A DNA stretch of 29,763 nt, taken from the IMG/VR virus record IMGVR_UViG_3300037634_003492, positions 1-29,763 of that record, one strand, 5' to 3'. Origin of the DNA: a virus. Taxonomy: Duplodnaviria; Caudoviricetes. Positions within the stretch are counted from its first letter, which is position 1. Each line of letters starts with the position of its first letter. The notes beneath the pieces are model-generated. The model did not search any database, was not told the origin of the DNA, and saw only the letters and a list, made by a program, of their open reading frames with translations. The position numbers were made by a program, and so were the translations under genes. Positions 1 through 7,373 of this stretch are shown here, one piece after another.

Positions 1-853
1 GTTGTCTTTGGTGATATTAGTAGTATTATCTTTATTAATTACATTAGGTAGTTTAATATTCTTAGTGTTGTCCAAATTAATTGCGGTTTTATTTCTGTTG
101 GTTACATTAGGTAGTTTAATATTCTTAGTGTTGTCTTTGGTGATATTAGTAGTATTATCTTTATTGATTATATTAGGTAGTTTAATATTCTTAGTGTTGT
201 CTTTGGTGATATTAGTAGTATTATCTTTATTAATTACATTAGGTAGTTTAATATTCTTAGTGTTGTCCAAATTAATTGCGGTTTTATTTCTGTTGGTTAC
301 ATTAGGTAGTTTAATATTCTTAATATTCTTAGTGTTGTCTTTGGTGATATTAGTAGTATTATCTTTATTGATTACATTAGGTAGTTTAATATTCTTAGTG
401 TTGTCTTTGGTGATATTAGTAGTATTATCTTTATTGATTATATTAGGTAGTTTAATATTCTTAGTGTTGTCTTTGGTGATATTAGTAGTATTATCTTTAT
501 TGATATTAGTAGTATTATCTTTATTGGTTACATTAGGTAGTTTAATATTCTTAATATTCTTAGTGTTGTCTTTATTGGTTACATTAGGTAGTTTAATATT
601 CTTAATATTCTTAGTGTTGTCTTTGGTGATATTAGTAGTATTATCTTTATTGATTATATTAGGTAGTTTAATATTCTTAGTGTTGTCTTTGGTGATATTC
701 TTAGTGTTGTCTTTGGTGATATTCTTAGTGTTGTCTTTATTGATTACATTAGGTAGTTTAATATTCTTAGTGTTGTCTTTGGTGATATTAGTAGTATTAT
801 TGATTACATTAGGTAGTTTAATATTCTTAGTGTTGTCTTTGGTGATATTCTTA
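1..853. repeat. Composite coding tandem repeat: 66-bp main unit, 63-bp variant, and shorter sub-unit gains/losses
   Basis: The unit ttagtgttgtctttggtgatattagtagtattatctttattgattatattaggtagtttaatattc recurs many times. A variant containing ccaaattaattgcggttttatttctgttgg occurs near 62-124 and 257-319. Extra 9-bp cttaatatt and 24-bp ttagtgttgtctttggtgatattc copies occur, and the length changes preserve frame. Confidence 0.95.
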
Positions 854-1182
854 GATGTTTGATGTGTTGAATTAATCCTATTGGTTGAATTATAATTGTT
901 GTTTGTTACGGGTGTATTTTGTATTTTTTGGGTATTTATATTCTTGGATGATAATAAGTCTATTTTTTTATCTATTTGAGATAATTTTTTTTCGACAATT
1001 GGAAATACGCTATCAATTTTGGGTTTTGGGGTTTGTATGTCGGCATCTTTATCATTATTTGTAGGAGTGATAACAGAAGGTATTTTTCGTTGGTTTGCTT
1101 TCTTTACATTGTTATGTTTACCGTCTTTTTTATCTTTGAAAAATGATAAAGTATGTGCTTTGATGCGTTTGTTGTTATTCAT
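1..1182 (-). CDS. Repeat-rich (N/K/T/I/D) protein, partial (runs off the window); lies in the tape-measure/hub-associated position downstream of the gp26/gp51-like genes
   Basis: Not in the ORF track. Manual translation from ATG at 1182: MNNNKRIKAHTLSFFKDKKDGKHNNVKKANQRKIPSVITPTNNDKDADIQTPKPKIDSVFPIVEKKLSQIDKKIDLLSSKN..., then repeats of ITKDNTKNIKLPNVINKDNTTN. The repeat units read in the same frame at 841 and at position 1 (394 codons) with no stop seen. Co-oriented with, and 13 nt downstream of, the gp51-like ORF. Function is inferred from position only. Confidence 0.8.
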   Translation of the reverse strand, partial: MNNNKRIKAHTLSFFKDKKDGKHNNVKKANQRKIPSVITPTNNDKDADIQTPKPKIDSVFPIVEKKLSQIDKKIDLLSSKNINTQKIQNTPVTNNNYNSTNRINSTHQTSKNITKDNTKNIKLPNVINNTTNITKDNTKNIKLPNVINKDNTKNITKDNTKNITKDNTKNIKLPNIINKDNTTNITKDNTKNIKNIKLPNVTNKDNTKNIKNIKLPNVTNKDNTTNINKDNTTNITKDNTKNIKLPNIINKDNTTNITKDNTKNIKLPNVINKDNTTNITKDNTKNIKNIKLPNVTNRNKTAINLDNTKNIKLPNVINKDNTTNITKDNTKNIKLPNIINKDNTTNITKDNTKNIKLPNVTNRNKTAINLDNTKNIKLPNVINKDNTTNITKDN

Positions 1183-1195
1183 TTGTTGTAATTGC

Positions 1196-1399
1196 CTAAA
1201 ATGGTGATTTATTGGTATGATTGCGTTTGGATTCTAACATTTCTAATTGAATTCTTTCATTCTCAATTTCTATGTATTCTATTAATTGAGAAAGATAAAT
1301 ATCCCGTTCCCACGGAATTAATCCCTCCATTTCCGTTAAAGAATAATTATGATGTTGCATCATCTGAAATGTTACTTCAAAATAATTTTGCAGACTCAT
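1196..1399 (-). CDS. T4 gp51-like baseplate hub assembly catalyst; possibly the -1 frameshift extension of the upstream gene
   Basis: NYFEVTFQMMQHHNYSLTEMEGLIPWERDIYL matches the conserved small ORF annotated gp51 that follows gp26 in marine/freshwater T4-like phages. Confidence 0.85.
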   Translation of the reverse strand: MSLQNYFEVTFQMMQHHNYSLTEMEGLIPWERDIYLSQLIEYIEIENERIQLEMLESKRNHTNKSPF

Positions 1400-1410
1400 G
1401 TGACTGAGTC

Positions 1411-2109
1411 CTAACCGAAAAAATCCGACAAACCAGACAAAATTACCTCCCTTTCGATTTCATCGGATGTGGTGTATTTGGTCTTATATTCTAATCTAGG
1501 AGAATCTAAGAAAAAATCTAATATTTTTTCAAATTGAGGCACCGTTAAGTTGTCTATAAATTCAGAAACTTCTTCTTTTGATAATAATTTAGCGTCAATC
1601 TTTTCATTTTGTGTTTGTATGGTGGATATGCAATCTATTAGTATATCATAAAAAGAGTTGGTTGAATCTTGATTAATGGTCGAGTTAATAGTGGGATGCA
1701 ACATGGATATAATGATGTTATCTTGAATTTTTATTTTATTTGAATGGTTTTCTGTTTTATTTAATTTGATGTCTGGGATATTTATAGTAAGATTAATATC
1801 CTCTCCTGTTTCTGGACATGTAAAAATTGATGAGATAACTTCACCAACCGATTTTGCACGAATCTGTAAAAATAAATGTTCCACGTCAACCAATGGAATT
1901 GATTTTGCATCTGCTATATCTTCCACACATGCTTCAATTACTTTAGCAATTGCATCCATCATGCCGGAATCATCTTCTGATTGTTGTGCAAGTAACAATA
2001 TTTTTTCTTCTTTGACTAAAAACGGTCTAAAAGAAATAGATTTGTTTGAAGATGGTAGTTTTGTTTTGTATGTCGGAATCATCGACAATAGGTTTGGTAA
2101 TTGGCTCAT
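1411..2109 (-). CDS. T4 gp26-like baseplate hub subunit / tail assembly chaperone
   Basis: Motifs PTYKTKLPSS..ISFRPFLVKEEKILLLAQQ, DVEHLFLQIRAKSVGE, CPETG, QFEKILDFF...P and terminal GLSDFFG are typical of the T4_baseplate (gp26) family. Confidence 0.92.
   Translation of the reverse strand: MSQLPNLLSMIPTYKTKLPSSNKSISFRPFLVKEEKILLLAQQSEDDSGMMDAIAKVIEACVEDIADAKSIPLVDVEHLFLQIRAKSVGEVISSIFTCPETGEDINLTINIPDIKLNKTENHSNKIKIQDNIIISMLHPTINSTINQDSTNSFYDILIDCISTIQTQNEKIDAKLLSKEEVSEFIDNLTVPQFEKILDFFLDSPRLEYKTKYTTSDEIEREVILSGLSDFFG
1417..1423 (-). other. Candidate -1 programmed ribosomal frameshift heptamer T-TTT-TTC
   Basis: The minus strand reads GAT TTT TTC GGT TAG. The -1 frame continues CGG TTA GGA CTC AGT CAC ATG AGT CTG directly into the gp51-like ORF. 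Confidence 0.6.
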
Positions 2110-2135
2110 AATTTTAATCCTTACGTTTAATCGTT

Positions 2136-2780
2136 CTAACGATAATATACATAATATTTATATTGAAATTTGACTGTGATACTCATAAAATCGTTATACA
2201 TTCCAGCCCCCAAATTTACTGGTAATATATCAGAAACATATGCATCATGAAGTGCATATGACCCCATTTTTTCGTTTTTCATATCTAAACAATGAATATT
2301 GACTCTGGCTGTATCAACAACTCCCGACCCATAAAGTACACGATTGGTATATGGGTTGACCACACCGTTCATCCACCTTTCGAAAAATGCTCTCATTGAT
2401 CCTTTTTCATTTTCCATAAAGGACATAATGACATCACCACTATATTGATGGCATAGGGGAATGGTTTTTACTGGACCAAACCATTGTTCATCGATGGTGA
2501 CAAATGATTTTGAAGGTAATGTTACTGAGATAGGGGTCCAACCCGTTATTGATGTGTTCTCCATCGGCACACTATCTTCTGTGTGCTTATATTTGTTAAG
2601 ACCAACACCTTTCGAGAGTTTTGGGTCAGTGACAGTGCCCACGTTGTCGAAATCGAGACCTTCGGGTATTTCTGTCCCAGAGAGAAGGAAATCTACTTCA
2701 TAACGAGTTGGCCGAGCAACACCATGTTTCAACTGGTTGTTTCTAAACCACGAAGTTCCAGATTTTCCATCGTTTCCCAT
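2136..2780 (-). CDS. Tail tube-fold protein (T4 gp54/gp19-like tail tube initiator)
   Basis: GVARPTRYEV, SVTLPSKS, MRAFFERWMNGVVNP, YALHDAYVSDILPVNL and ITVKFQYKYY fit the gp19/gp54 tube-fold pattern. Located between the gp4-like and gp26-like genes. Confidence 0.75.
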   Translation of the reverse strand: MGNDGKSGTSWFRNNQLKHGVARPTRYEVDFLLSGTEIPEGLDFDNVGTVTDPKLSKGVGLNKYKHTEDSVPMENTSITGWTPISVTLPSKSFVTIDEQWFGPVKTIPLCHQYSGDVIMSFMENEKGSMRAFFERWMNGVVNPYTNRVLYGSGVVDTARVNIHCLDMKNEKMGSYALHDAYVSDILPVNLGAGMYNDFMSITVKFQYKYYVYYR

Positions 2781-2784
2781 GCTA

Positions 2785-2792
2785 TATTTATA
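2785..2792 (-). promoter_or_regulatory. T4-type late promoter box TATAAATA
   Basis: Exact TATAAATA on the minus strand, intergenic, 4 nt before the ATG at 2780. Confidence 0.7.
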
Positions 2793-2809
2793 AAGGAATT
2801 ATATGAATA

Positions 2810-3244
2810 TTAAGGTAAAATTATATCTTCGGTCAATATAATGAATTTCCATCCATTTTTCCTGCAATATTCGGAAGCGTTTTTCCATTTTGCTTCATTG
2901 ATGCTATATGTCATGCATTCGTTAATGTATGTTTTAGTTTTTTTCTTCTTTTTGGTGGGTGGTTGGGTTTGTTTCTTAGGTTTAACTTCAATCATAAATG
3001 TTTCCACTTCTCCCTTTATTTTTTTTATTTTAGCAAGAAAGTCGGGATAATATTTATGCATCTTTTGGTCAACTGGTGAATAATAGGGAATAGACATTTC
3101 TTCACTGCTCCATTGTAATACATTTTGGTTTTGGTCCAAATATTTGCAAACTCTACGTTCCCATAGTGATCGACAGATAATGTTGGTGGGATTTCCTGTA
3201 TATTTTGATGGGTTTATTAAATTATATCGAGTTTTATATGCCAT
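2810..3244 (-). CDS. T4 gp4-like head completion protein (TnsA-like nuclease fold)
   Basis: NPSKYTGNPTNIICRSLWERRVCKYLD, WSSEE..IPY.SP.D...HKYYPDF, IEVKPKKQT, INEAKW..A..YC...GWKFIILTE: the canonical gp4 signature. Confidence 0.95.
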   Translation of the reverse strand: MAYKTRYNLINPSKYTGNPTNIICRSLWERRVCKYLDQNQNVLQWSSEEMSIPYYSPVDQKMHKYYPDFLAKIKKIKGEVETFMIEVKPKKQTQPPTKKKKKTKTYINECMTYSINEAKWKNASEYCRKNGWKFIILTEDIILP

Positions 3245-3251
3245 ATTTTCT

Positions 3252-3259
3252 TATATATA
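3252..3259. promoter_or_regulatory. Palindromic TATATATA late-promoter-like box between divergent operons
   Basis: Only 34 bp separate the divergent starts (3244 and 3279). TATATATA is one mismatch from TATAAATA on both strands. An AGGAGA RBS precedes 3279. Confidence 0.5.
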
Positions 3260-3278
3260 TTTGCAGTAGGAGATAAAA

Positions 3279-4166
3279 ATGGCAAATGCATACAATGATA
3301 GTTGGTTAGATCTGAAATATGGGCTGGATGATGGAAAGGAAGATCCCCTTACCACTCACTTCCTTAACTTCAAAGCCGTTGAATATGCGAATAAGCAAAG
3401 TGTACGAGAAAATCCTGCGAGTGATTGGTCAAATTCGGATACGTTTGCAGATATAACTTTACCAATGTCTAGAAATATGAACACAAATAATAGCATTAAT
3501 TACTCATTGGGCCAAACTGAAGCACAGGGCGGAATTCTTGATCCAACAACTGGTGGGTTTTGGGAACAAATCATGACTGGATTTGGTATTACGACTTGGT
3601 TCAAAGATCTTGCCGGTAGTTTTGGTTCGGGTTGGGAGGGTCAAAGACCAATGGACGAAAGAGATAGTATCTTTAGGGGAGCAAATTTTAGACAACATAA
3701 TTATGAATGGGTATTAATAAATAAGTGGGCTGGACAGGGGGCACAAATTTCTGGAATTTGTAATGCGTTTCAGTCTCTTGCATATCCGTTTATGGCAGAT
3801 GATCAGTATTATTCCAGAGTCATCCATCCACCAGTATGGTATTTCAATGAGTTCCAACAAAAATATAACCCAGCTAGTGCGAAATGGGAAAAGGTGGGAA
3901 GAAAAGTTGACGGTCATGGAATTGAAGACGATAACGCGAAGACGCAAGTGTCTTCGTGGGATAACTGGCCGTTACCAAGCGTGTTGACCAAGGTTAATAT
4001 TCAATCGTCAGGAGCGGCTGGTGGGATGTATGTAGGACAAGACGGACATCCAGCAGTAACAAAATTGTCAGTAACTTTCCAAGAATTAGAACCTGCAATC
4101 AACACAGGTTCAAGAATACATTCAAGGAGTCAAGTTCGAGGTGGAGAATATACCAATCCCCAATAA
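3279..4166 (+). CDS. T4 gp48-like baseplate tail tube cap
   Basis: ITLPM....TNNSINY, IFRGANFRQHNYEW, I..ICNAFQSLAYP, PSVLTKVNI, GHPAVTKLSVTFQELEP; immediately precedes gp53. Confidence 0.82.
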   Translation: MANAYNDSWLDLKYGLDDGKEDPLTTHFLNFKAVEYANKQSVRENPASDWSNSDTFADITLPMSRNMNTNNSINYSLGQTEAQGGILDPTTGGFWEQIMTGFGITTWFKDLAGSFGSGWEGQRPMDERDSIFRGANFRQHNYEWVLINKWAGQGAQISGICNAFQSLAYPFMADDQYYSRVIHPPVWYFNEFQQKYNPASAKWEKVGRKVDGHGIEDDNAKTQVSSWDNWPLPSVLTKVNIQSSGAAGGMYVGQDGHPAVTKLSVTFQELEPAINTGSRIHSRSQVRGGEYTNPQ

Positions 4167-4180
4167 GGAGCTAATTAATT

Positions 4181-5173
4181 ATGTACTTTGATTTTATGCC
4201 AAAATTTAATTATAATTTTCCATCATTTGTAGATATAGAAATGGTAGATTTATTTCGCAGAGTAAAATTTACAAAAAAAACATTAAATGATGCAAAGAAC
4301 TTTGAATCTTATGTGGTAAGAGATACTCAACGACCCGAAGATGTTGCGGCCGATTTTTATGGAAATGCCAATTTATGGTGGTTAGTGTTATTATCAAACG
4401 ATATAATTGATGTAGAGAACGAATGGTCGAAATCGTCCACAGAATTGCGGTTTTTATTTTCTAATTATCTTGATGGATATAGTTATTTTTTATTTGAAAC
4501 TTTAGACATATTAAAAGGTGATATTATAATAAAAAGAGATATCGGTTCGACAGGCGGAATTGATATCGACAATTTTGGTATTATAGACTCGTATGATAAA
4601 ATATTACATAAAATAGATGTCAAACAATCAAAAGGTGAATTAGAAGTCGATGATGAAGTATATATCTTTAGAGGAGAAGGTGATGAATATAAGTTAATTG
4701 ATGGTTTTGGTTCAACTGGGTGCTACAAACCAAATTTCGATTCTAATGTATGTATTATTGTTGATGGCCCAGATGAAGATTTTGCACCATATTGTTCAGC
4801 GGCAGGAACAACTTTTGGTGTGATACGCAAAAAAGATTCAATTAAAGATTCGATTGTCGAATTTCAATATGATAACAATAAGATTAATCCATATAGTGGT
4901 TTAGATTCGCTTGGTGGTCCTACGGGAGATTATTTAAGTTTTCAAAATTTATGCGGTATGACTGGAACTATATTATATAAATACTTGACTAATGTTTCCA
5001 TCGGAACGGTGCAGACATTCTCGGTTGAAGATAAAACACATTTAAAAAATGATAAAATGAGACATATTAAATTAATGTCGCCAAAGTTTGTAAGTAAAGT
5101 AAGTAACGAAATGTCAACATTATTTAAGGGTAATGTTCCAAAAGGAACGAATGTATTATTAGAACAAAGATAA
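4181..5173 (+). CDS. T4 gp53-like baseplate wedge protein (LysM-like N-terminus)
   Basis: MYFDFMPKFNY, DLFRRV, YVVRDTQRPEDVAADFYGNANLWWLVLLSNDIID...EW, and C-terminal NDKMRHIKLMSP. Confidence 0.92.
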   Translation: MYFDFMPKFNYNFPSFVDIEMVDLFRRVKFTKKTLNDAKNFESYVVRDTQRPEDVAADFYGNANLWWLVLLSNDIIDVENEWSKSSTELRFLFSNYLDGYSYFLFETLDILKGDIIIKRDIGSTGGIDIDNFGIIDSYDKILHKIDVKQSKGELEVDDEVYIFRGEGDEYKLIDGFGSTGCYKPNFDSNVCIIVDGPDEDFAPYCSAAGTTFGVIRKKDSIKDSIVEFQYDNNKINPYSGLDSLGGPTGDYLSFQNLCGMTGTILYKYLTNVSIGTVQTFSVEDKTHLKNDKMRHIKLMSPKFVSKVSNEMSTLFKGNVPKGTNVLLEQR

Positions 5174-5186
5174 AGGGTGAAATATT

Positions 5187-7355
5187 ATGGCAGAAGAAAC
5201 ACGAAAAAGACAAACACCAGCCGATATTGATATAAAATATATTAAAATTGCGAAACCGAACGAGTCATGGAACTATAACAAAGTATTACAAGTATTGCCC
5301 AGTCCTGAAGACTCTCCCAAAAATATTTTTGAAAATTTAACTATTACTGAAAGTATATTCAACTCTGGAATAACTGGGATTCTTAAAATTCACGATACAA
5401 ATGTAGTAGGTGATTATTTCAATATGACTGGTAATGAACAGATAATGATTAGTTTTAACACACCAAACAAAGATAATTCGGAACACATTTTAACTTTTTG
5501 TGTCAATGATGTTAGACACATTCAAGATGAATCGGCACTTGCTTTGGATGGACCTTCTGTTAGATCAAATATGGGTTGGGAAATTTCATTTATATCATGT
5601 GAAGATTATTTGTTGAATTGGGAAGATCTTGAGTATATGGATAATGATTTTATCGGTAAAATTGCATTCGAAGGTGGTGATGATAAAGGGTTCGTGGATA
5701 AACTAGCAGAAAAATATTTCAACCCAAACACAACACAATTCTCTAAAGCACAAGAACCAATGGACATTGAAAATACAAGCAATTCTTTATGGTTGAAAAA
5801 GAATCAAAATATGTATCCGTGGGGAAAAGATGTTCATCCACCAATTCTTGGAAAGTTGATGAATAATCTCGCTGAAAACGCCGTCTGTGATGAAGATACC
5901 TTCGGAGTGAATTATTTATTCTATGCAGATCTAAAGGGATGGCACTTTAAATCTATTAGAAAGATGATAAAAGATGGATCGGAAGAAGGTGTCCTGGTTG
6001 GTGAACTTCAAGACGAGAGCAAGAACGAATATGTAATTTCTGATATGGAACATGATGAGCCGTGGCTTGGAGCTAATTCAATTTTGAAACATTCAGAAAT
6101 CACCGAATATGATCATTTAAATGCATGGAATGATGGAGTATATTCATCTTATTATCAACTGATGAAACCATATTATGATGATCCATATTTTGATTATATC
6201 GATTTTACAAGTCAACATACTGGTACTACAGCAGAAAATTGGGGTGATAGGGAAATTATAGACTATAGTTATCATCGAGAACAAGAACAATGGGGAGGAC
6301 CCGAAAAAGGTGGTAGAGTAGAAAAGTTCAAATTAATTCCTGACCTTTGGGAAACCGATATAGAGTTCAAAAACAACGGAGAAGTAAAAAAGAAATCCAG
6401 AAGAAAATATGATGAAAGTGGAATATATGGATATTTTGATTCGCCGTATAATCATCCAAACGAAAAGCCTTACGATTTTATCGGATCAGATGCTCTACAT
6501 GCAAAAACAGGAAAACAGAATGATATTTTATGGCAGACAATGTTTGATCAAACAAAACTTTCAGGAACCATCTTGAAAACAATTCAAAAAGAAATTAAGG
6601 ATCCTACAAGGGAAAATTACAAGTCTCATGTTGCTATGGTGAATTTAAAAGAAAAATTTAATGTATATCGTCATTCTATATGTTGTGATGAACAAGCAAT
6701 TAAAAACTTTGTATTTCTTGCTTGGGTAGATGATGCAAGAAAAATTCAAGATGATGCAAGAGGTGGAATATATGAATATTCGTGGAAAGAAGTAGAAATT
6801 TGGCCTGTAGATTTCGTTGAAGAAATTAAAGGAGAAGAAGTTCCAGTTGATAGTCGTTCTCCTTTAAAAATAGTTATTCCAGAAAATGGAATGACAGGAG
6901 GATTTCATAATGAAGAGGATGAAAAATATAGCAATCCAGCATATAATATAAATGAATTATTAAATACAACAGATGGAGATAATGTGTATGTTGGTCCTGG
7001 TGTAAATGCGGCTGATGAAGATCATAATGATTATCCCGAATCATATCAAATGATGCCTGTTGGTGGATTTTTTGAAATTGGTGATGATGGAATTTCAATA
7101 GACCCTTGCGAACTACAAGACGAAGATGATAATGGCATCATGGATGGGCCGTGGACTGCAAGAGGACACATAGTTCAAATGTATAGAATTCCAAATTATA
7201 TTTTAGGAGAAATCAATGAAGATGGAGAAGTAGTTCGTGGTGGAATTGCACCAGTTGAATCGGATCCTGAAAATATTGATCCGAAGATTCCTACAGACAT
7301 TTTCTTTTTTGATGTTCCGAATGCCCACGATGGATTGTGTTCTTGCTTGTCATAG
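5187..7355 (+). CDS. Baseplate hub (gp27-like) N-terminal part fused to an extra C-terminal domain
   Basis: LTITESIFNSGITGILKIHDT....GNEQIMISF and YLFYADLKGWHFKSIRKM match the hub-like gene that follows gp53 in T4-like phages. The usual C-terminal hub motif is absent and the protein ends in GLCSCLS. Confidence 0.7.
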   Translation: MAEETRKRQTPADIDIKYIKIAKPNESWNYNKVLQVLPSPEDSPKNIFENLTITESIFNSGITGILKIHDTNVVGDYFNMTGNEQIMISFNTPNKDNSEHILTFCVNDVRHIQDESALALDGPSVRSNMGWEISFISCEDYLLNWEDLEYMDNDFIGKIAFEGGDDKGFVDKLAEKYFNPNTTQFSKAQEPMDIENTSNSLWLKKNQNMYPWGKDVHPPILGKLMNNLAENAVCDEDTFGVNYLFYADLKGWHFKSIRKMIKDGSEEGVLVGELQDESKNEYVISDMEHDEPWLGANSILKHSEITEYDHLNAWNDGVYSSYYQLMKPYYDDPYFDYIDFTSQHTGTTAENWGDREIIDYSYHREQEQWGGPEKGGRVEKFKLIPDLWETDIEFKNNGEVKKKSRRKYDESGIYGYFDSPYNHPNEKPYDFIGSDALHAKTGKQNDILWQTMFDQTKLSGTILKTIQKEIKDPTRENYKSHVAMVNLKEKFNVYRHSICCDEQAIKNFVFLAWVDDARKIQDDARGGIYEYSWKEVEIWPVDFVEEIKGEEVPVDSRSPLKIVIPENGMTGGFHNEEDEKYSNPAYNINELLNTTDGDNVYVGPGVNAADEDHNDYPESYQMMPVGGFFEIGDDGISIDPCELQDEDDNGIMDGPWTARGHIVQMYRIPNYILGEINEDGEVVRGGIAPVESDPENIDPKIPTDIFFFDVPNAHDGLCSCLS

Positions 7356-7373
7356 ATATAATACAAGTATACT

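Noticed and set aside
1-853. Possible CRISPR array
   Set aside because: No unique spacers. Units are contiguous, vary in multiples of three, and encode protein.
2-862. 286-aa hydrophobic plus-strand ORF resembling a membrane protein
   Set aside because: Antisense shadow of the repeat. The minus-strand frame has an ATG, a unique N-terminal region and operon context.
2810-3244. TnsA-like nuclease suggesting a Tn7 transposon
   Set aside because: The sequence and context match the T4 gp4 head-completion protein; no other Tn7 genes are present.
933-4983. Intragenic TATAAATA matches (933-940 minus, 4976-4983 plus)
   Set aside because: They lie inside coding sequence, and several chance matches are expected in AT-rich DNA. 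The 4976 site cannot be excluded as an internal promoter.
1196-7355. TAG stop-codon reassignment (several genes end in TAG)
   Set aside because: The TAGs fall at expected family C-termini (e.g. GLSDFFG, KFQYKYYVYYR), genes are full-length under the standard code, and the TAG at 7353 is followed by an in-frame TAA.
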